A stretch of 63,859 bases of DNA, counting the filler. It is 11 parts of 11 records of this genome, joined end to end, with 100 filler letters (N's around TTAATTAATTAA, not from the genome) between each part and the next. Parts side by side here need not be neighbours in the genome. Positions count along the whole stretch, not along the records: positions 21,573 to 27,309 come from SRR7504441_2060; positions 27,410 to 36,817 come from SRR7504441_2062; positions 36,918 to 40,135 come from SRR7504441_2073; 8 more parts are not named here. One strand, 5' to 3'. The notes below the pieces were generated by a model. That model searched no databases. It was not told the origin of the DNA and was given only the letters and a program-made list of their open reading frames with translations. Made by a program: the position numbers and the translations under genes. Shown here piece by piece: positions 24,911 through 36,992 of this stretch; within the stretch, counting starts at the first letter, position 1; every line of letters begins with the position of its first letter.

Positions 24911-26315
24911 ATGCCCCCGAAGCGCCGCAAGGCCGTCGACAAGAAGCGTCCCTCTGCCGACGCGGGCAAGAAGCCGGGCAAGAAGGCGCCAGGCAAAAAG
25001 GGGGGCTCCGGCTCGCTGGCCTGGCTCTCGCTCGGAACCGCGGTGCCCCCCGGCGGCCGGCCGGCCTGACTGCAGCGGGCGCCAGGCTGGCCGTTACTTG
25101 GACAAGCCGCGTGTGGACCGGGTGCAGGCCATCCTGGAGGGGCTCTCGGTGCAGCTGGCCGGGGCGTACGAGTGGCATCTGGCCGAGCTGCACTCGATGG
25201 AGCGACAGCACCACCAGCTGCACCGGCACCTGGCCGGGCTGGGTCAGGCCGGCTCGCGCCAGCAAGCGGTGACCAGCCTGCGCGAGCTCGAGGACATGCT
25301 GCTCGAGCTGGCCGCCGGGCTACAGATCAAGGCGGCGGTCCAGCCCGGCCCGGGCTGCCGGCTCACCCGTGTCGACAGGCCAACCAAATCGCTCAGCAGC
25401 AGGCGGCCGAGCTGTCGGCCCAGCCGGCCCCCGAGCCGCCGGTGGGCGCGGCCGCCGGCAACCTAGCGGTGGGCCGGGGCGAGCCGGGCTGGTCGATTCA
25501 GGGCAGGCGGAGGCGAAGCGGATGGCGCGGGACATTCTGCGGACAGCTGACCGATTCCAGCGGAACAACGAGCTCACGATGGCTGAGCTGGAGACGTTCT
25601 TGCGAGGGAGTGAGCACGATGAGTTCTGGCGGTGGATGGTCGACGGCCGGACCCGGCGGGTGAGTGCGGGGCGGGGGTGCGGCTGAGCGGGTGCAGTTTG
25701 CGGGGATGGATTCAGACAAGTCTGGGAGCATTGACAAGCACGAGCTGCTCAGAGCGACAGAGCAGTTCCTGAAGGACAGAGGCGCTCGGCAAGCTCCGCC
25801 CGGTGAGGCGATGGTCGCGATCGACCCTCGCCAGCCGGATCAGAGGTCCCCGACTCGACTGCCAGCTGCGCAGCACCTGTCGGCCACGGTGGCAGTAGAT
25901 GTGAACGGCGACGGGCGGGCCGACTTGCTGGTGAGCGGCCTGGACAAGAACCAGGACGGGATCCCGGATGCGCTGTTAGCAGACTTTGGGCCAGACCAGG
26001 CGGCTAGCCCCAGGCGGTCGCTGATCGGGATGAATGGCCTTTCCAACTGGAATGAAACGGGCTCTCAAGACGGGGCGTACTATCAGCCTGGTGGGCCGGA
26101 GCAGATAACAAGCAGCGGCAGCATAGCCGCGCAGCTGGAGGGCTTCAAGGTACCAATCCGGCGACTCCCCACGACAGAGGTCCGATAGCTGGCCGAGCTG
26201 GTGGGATTAGTATGGGGGGCAGAGCTTTCTGAATGCGAGGTTTGACGAGCTTGATCTCAATCACGACGGAGTGATCGATCGTGATGAATATGTTTATGCA
26301 AGAAGCGGCTTATAG
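24911..26315 (+). CDS. multi-EF-hand Ca2+-binding protein
   Basis: EF loops DSDKSGSIDKHE and DLNHDGVIDRDE, plus DVNGDGRAD and DKNQDGIPD Dx[DN]xDG motifs. Several micro-introns. Confidence 0.65.
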
Positions 26316-26559
26316 CGGTTGTGGTATAGTCGTGGTAACGCAATGTGTGACTAACCGCAACGCGGCAATAAATGTTACGATGCTCACTCGCTCAAACCTT
26401 TACGAGGTCGATGTGTTAATTTGGTTTACATGTAATTTAATAGATGAAAGCTATCATGCAGCATTGTCTGTTTTATCATTGGTAAACGTACGAGTCGTTA
26501 CCTATCATTGGCTAAGTTCTGTTAATTTAAGATCAATGCTACACTGCATGTACAATTGA

Positions 26560-27309
26560 TTACAATTGATTGTCAGATGGCGTTGATGTAGTGATTCTTT
26601 GCAGCTTGGACTTCACGTCATCCAACTTTGATTTCAACTCGTGAGACATGTCTGCCTTTGTCGTGCCTTGCGACACGCTCACGGTATCCTCTTTGGCCAG
26701 ATCAGATGATGATGATTTAGATGCGGCTAGTTTCCGTGCCGCCTGGCGGGCCCTCATCTCCTCCAAAACACCCGTTGAGCGTTTCAGCACCGCAGACTCC
26801 TCTGTGGCACTGCTTTGTTTTATCGGCTCCATCGTTGGCTGCGCACCTGCAGTTGTGTTCCCGGCCTGATCCTGTGTCGCGTTCTTTGCCTGTTGATGCT
26901 GCACCGCCTCTACAGGCGCCTCAACGACCGGCAGAACTGAGATAGGTGAATCGTCGGTGCTGGACACTTCAGCAGGAGAGACGCGACCGTGCGAATGATC
27001 CAGGCTTGCTGTATTGTCAGCATCCCCTTCGGTTGCCAAGCTGCCTACACTCAGCTCTCTATCAATTTCAGGCGGTGGGCTCTCCGGAGTCTCACTTCCT
27101 TTAGCCTTCTTCGCTTTAGCTTTCTTGGCCTTCTTGGCTGCGCGTCGCTGCTCAAGAGCTGCGATCATTTCTGCTCTTGAAGTCGAAGAAGGTGTTTTGG
27201 TTTCTGCTCGTGGAGGTGTTGGAGTCGGAGAGTTCTCGTCACTTCCAGTCGGAGTGGCTTCCTTTGCCATAGGAACGTTTTGTGGTGTAGCTGGTGGAGA
27301 TTGGGATTT
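26560..27309 (-). CDS. low-complexity Ser/Thr/Pro/Lys-rich hypothetical protein, 5'-partial
   Basis: Open frame of at least 236 aa reaching the contig edge. Confidence 0.5.
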   Translation of the reverse strand, partial: KSQSPPATPQNVPMAKEATPTGSDENSPTPTPPRAETKTPSSTSRAEMIAALEQRRAAKKAKKAKAKKAKGSETPESPPPEIDRELSVGSLATEGDADNTASLDHSHGRVSPAEVSSTDDSPISVLPVVEAPVEAVQHQQAKNATQDQAGNTTAGAQPTMEPIKQSSATEESAVLKRSTGVLEEMRARQAARKLAASKSSSSDLAKEDTVSVSQGTTKADMSHELKSKLDDVKSKLQRITTSTPSDNQL

Positions 27310-27409
27310 NNNNNNNNNNNNNNNNNNNNNNNNNNNNNNNNNNNNNNNNNNNNTTAATTAATTAANNNNNNNNNNNNNNNNNNNNNNNNNNNNNNNNNNN
27401 NNNNNNNNN

Positions 27410-28042
27410 GCTCATCCGATTTCTGGGCTGGCTGGGCCGGGGCTGCGGGCTCTGGGGCGGGATCCTCTGCAGCGGGCGGCTGGTCACCCCGCAGTGACTT
27501 CCGCTTGGCATCCCGCCGCTCCCTGGCGCCTTTACCGCTTTCTTTCTTCTTGGGCGGTGCGGCCTCCGTAGGAGCCGACTCCTCCGTAGGAGCCGACGCT
27601 TGGGCCGGCTGCTCGTCGACTGGCTTCTCGGCCTCTGCTGGCGGCTTGCAACCCTGCAGCGACTTCCGCTTCGCGTCCCGCCTCTGCCTGGCGTTCATCG
27701 GGGCCTCCTCGGACGGGGCTGCCGCTGCCTCCGGGGGCTTGGCCGCGCCCGAGGCGGCAGGAGCGGCAAGCGCCTGCTCGAGCAGGTCGTTGGTGACGTG
27801 CTTGTGGACCAGCGGCAGGTCGTCCGGCTCGGTGAGCACCTCCCGGACGAACCGGGCCAGCGTTGCTGGGTCCCGCCCGTCCGGCTTGGTCGGCTTGGGC
27901 TCAACCCCTGACACGCTGGCTGAGCGGCGGCGGCTGCGGCCCGCGGACCTGGTGTGTCCTGAAGCCACTGCCGGAAGCGCATCTGGGCCCGGTTGGAGCC
28001 GGTCTTCTGCGACGCCTTCACCAGCGCGCTCAGGGCCTCCAT
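27410..28042 (-). CDS. hypothetical protein with repeated AR(Q/E)RRDAKRKSL motif, 3'-partial
   Basis: Start MEALSALVKAS; one micro-intron near 27915-27950; two copies of the basic repeat in a Pro/Ala/Glu-rich tail. Confidence 0.5.
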
Positions 28043-28090
28043 GCCGCGAGTGCGGTGGCGCGCTCGCGGCGGCAAAAAAACAGCGCGGAG

Positions 28091-29198
28091 ATGCGGCGGG
28101 CTGCCTCGGTAGCGAGCCGGGGCCTGCGGAAGATCGCAGTGTACCCCGGGGACGGGATCGGCGTGGAAGTGACCGAAGCGACGTTCCGGATGCTCGGGGC
28201 GCTGCCGGGGCTGGAGCTGGACTGTACCTGGTTCCCCTGGGGCTGCGACTACCACGCCGAGCACGGCAAGTGCGCACCGGACGACATGATCGAGCTGCTG
28301 CGGCCGTACGACGCGGTGTTCCTGGGGGCGGTGGGCATGCCCTCGCAGCTGCCGGACGGTGAGACTCTGGAGCCGTTGGTGAGGATGCGGCAGCAGTTCG
28401 ACCAATTCGCGTGCGTCCGGCCGGCGCGTACATTCGACGGGGTGCCCTCGCCGCTGGTCAAGAATCCTCAAATAGATATGGTGGTGGTGCGCGAGAACTC
28501 AGAGGTCCCCGCCTTGTTTACATATTAGCTCATGCTTTATACAGGGCGAATACGCACACAACGGCGGGCTATTTGCGGCAGGCACCGCGAATGAGATTGC
28601 GCTGCAGACGGCGGTGCACACGCGGCGGGGAGTGGAGCGGGTGCTTCGACACGGGTTTGAGCTGGCAAAGACTCCGGAGCGGCGGGGCCGGCTGACCATG
28701 ATCACTAAATCTAATGCTCAGCGGTATGGGATGGCGCTGTGGGATAGAGTGCTGGAGGAGCTCGCACCAGAGTACCCTGAGATCCAGGTGGACAAGCAAC
28801 ACGTGGATGTGGCCTGCATGAACTTCGTGATCCGGCCCGAGAGCTTTGATGTGGTCGTGGCATCCAACCTCTTTGGAGATATACTAACAGATCTATCAGG
28901 GGCTGTCACGGGCAGCATCGGGCTTAATCCGTCCGCAAATCTGAATCCTAGTCGAGAGCACCCTTCGCTGTTTGAGCCAGTGCACGGCTCAGCACCAGAC
29001 ATTGTGGGCAAGGGCGTAGCAAACCCCATAGCTGCATTCCTGGCATCCGCTATGATGCTTGAATGGCTCCATCATCCAATACAGGCCGAGGCTGTGCGCC
29101 GGGCTTGCGAGATCGTAACCAGCAAGGGGGCGACACCCGACGCTGGGGGGTGTCTAAGCACAGAAGAGGTCACTGCAGCTGTGATTTCTGAACTCTAG
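28091..29198 (+). CDS. tartrate dehydrogenase / 3-isopropylmalate dehydrogenase family enzyme
   Basis: KIAVYPGDGIGVEV, spliced VVRENSEGEY (intron 28505-28544), TKSNAQ, FDVVVASNLFGDILTDL and FEPVHGSAPDIVGKGVANP. Short Arg-rich N-terminus. Confidence 0.92.
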
Positions 29199-29804
29199 GT
29201 TATCTATTATAGATCAATGGTTGTGGCAATGGCATGTTCATAGCTATCTTGTTGTAGAATAGAATCTACGTTTGTTCTTATTTGGATGAGACTGTCCGGC
29301 TGGGCCGATCTGTGCGCTTCTTTCGGTTTTGGAAAGGAGATAGGAAATCTGCGGCTGGTCATTGCTAAGCATGTAGATGGAATGATGGCGACTGCACTCG
29401 AGACACCAAATGTCGAAGCCTTTACTCCTAAGAGCAAACACAGGTGCTCAGATTGTCATGATCACGGCGACGTTCTTCCTGACGATTTGGTCGAAGACAA
29501 TGCTACTAGTACCAATGCAGCTGCAGAGTCTACTGCGGAATGACACCCTGTAAGATCTACATACTGTCGGAAATGCAGCCTTACACCTGCTGTGAGCTCG
29601 CCCTTAAACATGTACATATACGGCACTGGCTTCAAACTGGCATCTTGACAATGATAACAAGGCAAGCAAAGCAATGATTGATCCCCATTTTAAAACGATC
29701 CTAGAGCTTGAAATAAGCTTGAAACAAGATTGCTAATGCTTTATATAACAATGAAAAGCATGTACATATACAGTTAATCGTGCATCTCCTTCCAATCGCT
29801 ATTA

Positions 29805-30272
29805 TTAATACGCAGTCGCGGAAATATCCACTTCTCCGGACGCTACTTCTCGCTGAGTCACGGATTCACGCACCGAAAATCTTATCGTCTCTGATTCAAA
29901 CTTTCCTGGTTCTGTGAGCCGATGTATGAATGAGAACGGAATGTGAAATGCCTGATTCCAGTCAAAATTCAGCCTAGGCCGCCACTCTTCCAGCGGCGTG
30001 CCGGCCGCCCTGAGCAGCATGGCCATCCCTGGGGTGACACAGGACTCAGGGTCAGTACGGCCGGTGCTCACGTCCATATCAATCTGCTCCAGATCCGCTG
30101 CGATGAACACGTCCGATTCGGTGGCCGCCAGGTACTCTTTGAAGCTGGAGCCGGAGGCCCGGTGCTTGGCCACAGCCCCGCATGTGTTGGCCCAGCGCTC
30201 GCCGCGCGCCTTGATTTCTGTGGGGTCGCTCTTGTCCAGGATGGTGTCCACGATCCCCGAGAAGAAGTCCAT
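29805..30272 (-). CDS. hypothetical ORF: TBC-like N-terminal piece joined to a C2-like C-terminal piece
   Basis: EQIDMDVSTGRTDP resembles the TBC IxxDxxRT motif; FDWNQAFHIPF..TIRFSVRE..EVASGEVDI resembles C2 strands. Confidence 0.35.
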   Translation of the reverse strand: MDFFSGIVDTILDKSDPTEIKARGERWANTCGAVAKHRASGSSFKEYLAATESDVFIAADLEQIDMDVSTGRTDPESCVTPGMAMLLRAAGTPLEEWRPRLNFDWNQAFHIPFSFIHRLTEPGKFESETIRFSVRESVTQREVASGEVDISATAY

Positions 30273-30960
30273 CAGCCCGGCCTCCCCTGCGCGCCGCTCC
30301 CGTCCAGGCCTTCACCCCACAGAGCCCTTGCAGGCTTGCTCAGGCTTCCTCGCAGCTCACAACGGCAATTCCGTTGACCTGGAGGTCTCGCCGCGACCCG
30401 CAGCCCCGCGGTGCAGCAGTGCCATGTGCTGGGTGCTGATCCTCTGCTACCACGGTGCGCGGGCCGCTGCCGCCGCCTGTGAACCGACTGTGTGCCCAGG
30501 CTGCGCGTGGCTGGTCGAGAAGGCCGAGAAGGGCTGCTGCGCGCCCACGGAGCAGACCCGCGCCGAGCGGCACCACAGACCGGAGCCCCTCTGGACCAGC
30601 GACGGGACGGCGGATGCCCCCCCTGGTATGGGACCGGTCGGCGGTGCGGGGCCACCGTCCTACGCGGAGTCGCAAGCTCGCGACGCTGGTGGTGCGCCTC
30701 CGCCCGAGTGGTCGGAGGAGCCGTTGGACCTCGGCGCCGGGGGAGGCAGCGGGGTGGTGCAGGAGGAGCCAGTGACGTAGGCCGCAGCAGCCCGGTCAAT
30801 GAACCGGTCATGATTATATCCAATATAGTTGTTCAGTTGAAATGAGCTAGTTAATAATGTTGATACTCAGTACTCCTACGATTGACGGACTGACGAGCAC
30901 TTTGAGCACTAGGAAGTACAATGCCAGACGGTAGCGCATTCCACTTTATTCATTGCCTTG

Positions 30961-31518
30961 CTAACCCACGGCAGCAATCTTAAACTCGTCCAGCTGCTGA
31001 TCTTGGTACCCGGCCGCGAAGAGCATCCAGTCGACTCGTTGCTGCGGGTCCGGCTCCCAATCGAACTTGCCCTCTGTGAGGAACGTCACCCCCACCGCCA
31101 AAACGTCCTCCGCAGCAGTCCCCAGCGCCTCACGATACTGTCCCAACCGGGACTCGTCGCCAGCAAGCTCGCCCATCACCCCTGGCGGCCGGAAGTCGGT
31201 CACAAAAGCTTCGACGCTACCGAACTGAGGCGCCGCCTGCTCGCCGTGCACCTTCCGAAGCTCGGCGAACCGGCTGGCGTCAGTGGCTCGCTCCTCGAGG
31301 ATCAGCTCGAACAGCTGGTCGGTGCACAGCGGCTGCAGGTGGGCTATGTCCCGGCTGGCGCAGGTGTCCTGCATGAACTGGCTATAGGCGTGCGTGGCCC
31401 CGCGGATGAACTCCTCCGGCGCGGGCAGGGCGGCGTACTTGCGGGCCGGGTCCTGCAGCAGCACCTGCCAGCTGTAGCAGTACACCGAGTGCCGGACCGT
31501 GCACCGCAGCCGCTGCAT
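30961..31518 (-). CDS. hypothetical protein, possibly Tim44-like/NTF2-like domain
   Basis: EEFIRGATHAY...DIAHLQPLCTDQLFE pattern; intronless 185-aa ORF. Confidence 0.45.
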   Translation of the reverse strand: MQRLRCTVRHSVYCYSWQVLLQDPARKYAALPAPEEFIRGATHAYSQFMQDTCASRDIAHLQPLCTDQLFELILEERATDASRFAELRKVHGEQAAPQFGSVEAFVTDFRPPGVMGELAGDESRLGQYREALGTAAEDVLAVGVTFLTEGKFDWEPDPQQRVDWMLFAAGYQDQQLDEFKIAAVG

Positions 31519-31568
31519 CCTCCGCAGGCCAACCGCCCCGGCGGCGTTTTAACGGTTTTTCGCTTCAA

Positions 31569-33084
31569 ATGAAACATGATGTGAGGAGCGGACAGCCGGC
31601 GCGGGCGGTGCTGGCGGACGTGTCGAACCAGCCGTCGCGGCCTGAGCTGGAGGCCCAGGCGGCGGTGCTGCGGCAGGAGCTGCTGCTCCAGGTGGCCGGC
31701 CGCAAGTCGCTGCAGGCCCAGCTGGCCCGGTCAGAGCAAGCGCTCCAGGCCCAGCTGCTGGCCAACCCGCTCGGGCGCCGGCTGGAGGACCGTGCTGAGC
31801 TGCTCGGACAAGAGGCCCGGCTGGCCCAGCTGCTAGACCGGGCCGAGCGCGCCCAGGCCATGGCCAGAGCGGCGGCCGTCCAGCTGGCTCGGCGGGCGGT
31901 CGGGCGGTCGGGCGGGTGCGCCCGGGCCGTGGGGGCGTGGCGGGACCAGAGGCACAAGGCGCAGACCTGCCGGCTAACCGCACGGCTCTGCGCCGCATTC
32001 GGCTCACGGATGGCGAGGCTGGTGTGGGCTGACCGCGCGGCGGCTCTTAGGGCTGGCTGGGCCGGGATGCGGCGACGGTTCACCGAGGCGATGCTGGAAC
32101 AGGCGCGCGCGGGGTCCGCGGCGCTGCAGGAGGCTGTCGGTGCCCAGCTGGCCGCGAGGGACGGGAAGGTGGCGGAGCTGGAGCTGGAGAGGAATGCTTT
32201 GCGAGCAGAGAGTGAGGCTGGACCGGGCGGGACTGATGGAGCGATGGCGGGCCAGGGCGGCAGCAGTGCGGCGGCAGTTCCGGGTCGGATCGGGGGCTGT
32301 GGTATGGCTGAGACGGCGGCTGATCACCCGATGCTGGAGCCAATGGCGACGGTTTAGAGCCCTGTCAGTACTCGAGACTGCCCAGGCGGAAGCGGCAGCC
32401 AGGAGCCAGCGGCAGGGCCGTCAGAATGTCGTTACCGGCGTGCTGAGACGGTGGCGCTGCTGGTGTGCAGCACGCGGGGCAGCAGCGGCACAGTGGAGGC
32501 AGATTGCTGTCCGGTGGCTCAAGCAGTATCTCCGTACATGGAAAGCTGTCAGCCACAGTCGACGGCAGAGTGCACATGCTGCGCTCGGCATGCTCAGCCG
32601 AGTTGTGTCACAGATAGATGCCCGGCAAAAGCTGATTGCCGTACGAGCTTGGGCTGCTGGGCTGCACACGCACCTTCTCTTGAGTGTGGAGGATAAGGCC
32701 TCGAGGGCACGACTAGCTGTTGCAGAGCGGATGTGCACAGCACAGAGATTTGCTATCGTGCAGCAACGGACAATTTTAGCGGAGTTGTTTGGTCTGCGAC
32801 ATCGACAGGTCGTTTTGGTGGCTCTGTTTGCGTGGCGAGTGCGGACCTTAATGGCTGCTGTAGAATGCGAGCAGCAATTCAATTCAGTTCAATTCGAACT
32901 CTTACAAGCTCGAATCAGGCAAATTCTTGTGTGCAATTGCAGGCGCCGAGTGGAGGAAGCCCGACACCAAGCCAGCGGGGCTGTGTGGAGGCTTAAGGCC
33001 TCGTGTGATCGGGGCAAGATTGACGTGCTGACCGAATGTATTTCGGCCAACCGTTCTACTCTGGGTTGGCTGACAGATGATTGA
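31569..33084 (+). CDS. coiled-coil / Sfi1-like Trp-Arg repeat protein
   Basis: Two overlapping ORFs joinable near 32215; repeated xxWxxWR helices (CWSQWRRF, YLRTWK, LFAWR). Confidence 0.5.
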
Positions 33085-33236
33085 CAATGCATGATTGTGC
33101 GCGACCAAAACGACCGTGTTAAAATTGATCAGAACACTGGAATGAAATAATAATGTCCCTCAATGTGCATGTGGCACTTTAATAACTATAGTAAAAGTTT
33201 CAAACTAGTATCAACTCGTGTCCCTCCAGGGAGATC

Positions 33237-34274
33237 CTATGGCAAATCCCATCGGTCGAGTTGATCGGTCTCATTTTTGGTGAGGTTGACACTGAAGAAA
33301 CCTAGGTTCTCCCGCTGGTACGCTTCCTTGGTCGACTCTGGGTTGACCAGGATCTGGTGCCCGTACCACTGCCAGGACAGCACCACCTCCGCGGTGCTCG
33401 CATTGTGCGCTGCAGCGATCGCCTTGAGCTTTGGCTCCTGCAGCAGCTGGCCAGCAGCGTGTCCTCCCCCGAACGGGCTGTAAGAGTTGACCGCTATCCC
33501 GTGGGCCCGGCAGTAGTTGATCAGCTGGCTGCAATTCTCGGTCGAGTGCGGGGTGCAGCCGTTGGTGTGCAGGCCGTGGTGAGGCGAGAACTCAAACTGG
33601 TTGGCGGCCGGCATTTGCAGTCCGGCAGCCCTGATCTCCTCGAGGTGGCTCGTGTTGAAATTGGACACGCCGACCGCCCGGGCCAATCCCATCTCGAGCA
33701 GCTTGAGCATGGCCCGCCACGTGGACACCCGGCACCCGGCCTCGTTATAGCTGGGCAGCCCGGTGTCGCAGGCCGGGTCGGAGGTCGGGATGGACGGCTT
33801 GGGGCCCGGGTAGCTGCACGGGCCATAGTTGACTGGCCAATGGACCAGCAGCAGATCTACGTACGACGTCGAGTAGTTTGAGCAAATCTGCTGGGCTTGC
33901 TCAATCGTCTCATTGTACCCAAGCGGATAGGGCAGCCCGCCCGGTCCGGTCTTGGACACGAGGAAGACCTCAGAACGCTGGAGCCCGCTGTCGCGCATGG
34001 CCATGCCGATCCCCTGGGCCAGGCCATAACTGTCGGCGTCGTCAATCCGCCGGCCGCCCAGCGAGAAGAAGAGTTTGCTCGTGTTGTATGCCCCCAGGTT
34101 GGCACTTGGGTCAGACCACGTGCACCCGCCGAGCGCGCAGCCGGTGCCGAGCCCGCTGGCCGGCATGACTACGCCGGGACGGGCCGAGTTTCCCAGCGGC
34201 AGTCCGGGCATGTCCGCCTGAACCGCGGCCGACACGAGAGCGAGCACCACCCACAAGTCTTGGGCGACGCCCAT
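33237..34274 (-). CDS. aldo/keto reductase with predicted signal peptide
   Basis: MPASGLGT, IDDADSY, RSEVFLVSKT, YVDLLLVHWP, ARAVGVSNF, PAANQFEFSP and SYSPFGG. N-terminus MGVAQDLWVVLALVSAAVQA. Confidence 0.9.
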   Translation of the reverse strand: MGVAQDLWVVLALVSAAVQADMPGLPLGNSARPGVVMPASGLGTGCALGGCTWSDPSANLGAYNTSKLFFSLGGRRIDDADSYGLAQGIGMAMRDSGLQRSEVFLVSKTGPGGLPYPLGYNETIEQAQQICSNYSTSYVDLLLVHWPVNYGPCSYPGPKPSIPTSDPACDTGLPSYNEAGCRVSTWRAMLKLLEMGLARAVGVSNFNTSHLEEIRAAGLQMPAANQFEFSPHHGLHTNGCTPHSTENCSQLINYCRAHGIAVNSYSPFGGGHAAGQLLQEPKLKAIAAAHNASTAEVVLSWQWYGHQILVNPESTKEAYQRENLGFFSVNLTKNETDQLDRWDLP

Positions 34275-34329
34275 CCTAACCAACGTCCGGACTTGAGTTC
34301 CGTTGCAGAGCCTGAGAGGAGGACTGCCA

Positions 34330-35883
34330 ATGGTGGAGCCCAAATCCACCCCGTTCCTGCTCGAGGGCAAGGCCGCAAAGTATGAAGGCCTCGAGGTCAG
34401 CGAGAGCCGGTCGGAGGAGCGGCCATCGCGCTCGTGCAACGATGTGCTCTTCGCCTTGACCTTTCTCGGAGGGGTCTCCGCAATGGTTGCCGCCATTTGG
34501 CAGAACCAGCAGGCGCTCGCCGCGGCGCTCGACCAGTCGTCGATGCTCCACGACGCCCAGAGCCTGACGCACACCAAGATGATCCAGGCCATGGGCATCG
34601 GGTTTGGCTCGGCCCTGGTCTTCGCCCTTCTCTGGATTGTCTTCATGATGTCCTGCGTGCGCTGTGCAGTCTACACCACCTACGCGCTCACTCTGTCGAT
34701 CGAGGCCGCCGCGGCCGGTGGTCTCTTCTACCTCGCCCACAACACCCAGTCGCACTGGCCTCAGCGCACGCTCTTCTTCCTGGGCATGAGCGTGTGCCTG
34801 CTGATCCTCTACACGCTCCGCTTGGGCTGGAAGCTCAAAACCCGCGTGGACCTCTGCGCCGCCATGGTGCAGATTTCAAGCGCGGCGCTCAAGCCGACGC
34901 TATTTGTTGTGGCCCTGATGCTGGTGTCGCTCAAGTTTGGCTACGCGGTGCTCGTTTCTGGCGCGATGTGGGTGATCGCTCACGTCGAGTCTGAGTACTC
35001 ACACCTGCTCACTCTGGCCGCCGTGCTGATGGGGTTCTGGGGGCTTGCCGTCATCTCCAACTTGCTGTTGGTCACCCTCTACGGCTCACTCGGCCGATGG
35101 TACTACAACCAGCCTGGCCTGGACGTGTGCGCTTCACTTGGACGCGGGTGCTCCACCTCATTTGGCAGCGTCTGCTGTGGCTCCCTGCTGGTGGCGATGC
35201 TGCAGACCGCGCACGCAGTGCTTACCTCCATGCAGAAGCAGGGCTGGATCCCGCGCTGGTTCATGTGTCTGGTCGACTACTGTTTCAACTGGGTCGAGGC
35301 TGCTGTCGAGCAGTGCAACAAGTTCGGTTACGTGCTCGTGGCTGTCCACGGCTCCAGCTTCATCTCCTCCTCGCGGCGGGCGCTCACCTTCCTCAAGTAC
35401 AAGGGGCTGACAGCCGTCATGCACGAGACAATCCTCTCGAGGCTGCAGAACCTCGGCAGCTTTGCAGGCGGCCTGGTAAGCCCAGTCTAATGTGAAGGTG
35501 CTGAGCTTGGGCCGGGCAGCTCGCCGGATTCGTGACGATCATCAGCTGCGAGAAGCTGCTCCACGTCACGCTGGATGACCACCAGCGCAATCTGATGCTC
35601 GTGCTGAGTGTCACACTCGGTGCAACACCTAGTGGGGCAAGCACTGACAGTTTGGGCAGGCTGGTACGTCATCTACGCCCTGATCGCCCCAATCCATGCA
35701 GTGGCGACCGCCCTGCTGGTTTGCTTTGCTGAGGCGCCCCAAGTGCTTGCCCATGAGCACCCAGTCGAATATGGGGACCTGCTAGACCGGTGGACCAAAG
35801 TCTACGGAGAGGAATTTGTGGACAAGGCTGCTACCATCCGTCACCATGAGGACGAGGCCTGCATCAATGCCGAGCTCGAATAG
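34330..35883 (+). CDS. choline transporter-like (CTL/SLC44/Pns1) protein
   Basis: RSCNDVLFALTF, about 10 TM helices, STSFGSVCCGSLLVA, NKFGYVLVAVHGSSFISSSR and ALLVCFAEAP. Two introns near the 3' end. Confidence 0.88.
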
Positions 35884-36156
35884 GCATGCACTGTGCATCG
35901 ATTCTTGTACCATATCATATATATAGTTTGAGTAGCGCAATCAAGCGCCGCGCTCAATTCCGTGTTTAGTCAACTATTTTATTGGATTAAATTCCCAATC
36001 GTACGTACTACCTGTTTACAATGTTGCAAGATCCTAAAAGCTCTTTTATTTCGTACACGTAGCTCATAAATTCTAGATTCAAAAGGCTTGCCGTTTGGAT
36101 CGGAAGACGATGTCACACTGCATTAATTTCCAAATTTTTTAATTATAAGCAAGGAT

Positions 36157-36817
36157 CTAACTCTTTTTTAATAAGTTCAGACGTTTACCAATATACCGAA
36201 TTCCGTCGGTAGGCACGCCGCGCATGATCACTTGCTTCACAGTTTGTCGTGCGAATTTTGACACACGCATCCGTTTCTCGATATCTTTGACAGTGGCAAA
36301 GTTGTGAGTGGCCACCTCGCGGATAGGCCGGCGCAAAGGGGATCTTGAGTTAGGTGAAAATGTGGGCTCGACCCATGTCTTGAGCTTTTCCTCAAGCTGC
36401 GGCCTTGCAGTCTGTGTCGTCACCTTCCATCTATCGAAGTACCTGCATTTCATGTCTCGCCAAAGCCTCACCATGCTGAGAGCCTGGCGCTGCCGCAGCT
36501 CATACATTGTGTCCCCCAAAACCTGCTGCCGCCGCATGAGACGAACGTATGTCTGCCAGGACTGCCAGGCTGGTAAACACGAGGATGTTAGAAACGCATG
36601 GATGGCATATTCGTGGAGATTCGAAGCATCCCGCTTGTCAGTGGCAACATGGCGCCACTGGCGCCACCCCTTGAACCACTTTCGCTTGATCATCTGCCAG
36701 ATCGCTTTCCTGGCGATGTTGCAGGCGACCTCCTCCTCTTGGTGCACTGCTCGCCACTGCCTCCATCCCTTCAGCCGCTTTATGTCGCCCATCTGCCAGA
36801 TGGCTTCGCAGGCTGTC
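36157..36817 (-). CDS. Sfi1-like repeat protein, 3' end (5'-partial)
   Basis: Repeats LKGWRQWR, FKGWRQWR and PAWQSWQTY. Confidence 0.5.
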
Positions 36818-36992
36818 NNNNNNNNNNNNNNNNNNNNNNNNNNNNNNNNNNNNNNNNNNNNTTAATTAATTAANNNNNNNNNNNNNNNNNNNNNNNNNNN
36901 NNNNNNNNNNNNNNNNNACCAGCCGGCAACAGACGGAGGCGGACATGGCAGCACGGGTACCGGTGATGTTTCCGTTATTTTTATTCGCGGCA

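Noticed and set aside
29286-29543. 85-aa ORF downstream of the dehydrogenase
   Set aside because: No recognisable motif, so there is not enough support to call a gene.
33237-34646. Long N-terminal extensions on the AKR, PCIF1-like (to 43163) and Hsp70 (to 54945) ORFs suggesting overlapping genes
   Set aside because: The extensions are the antisense of the divergent neighbour; internal ATGs give sensible starts.
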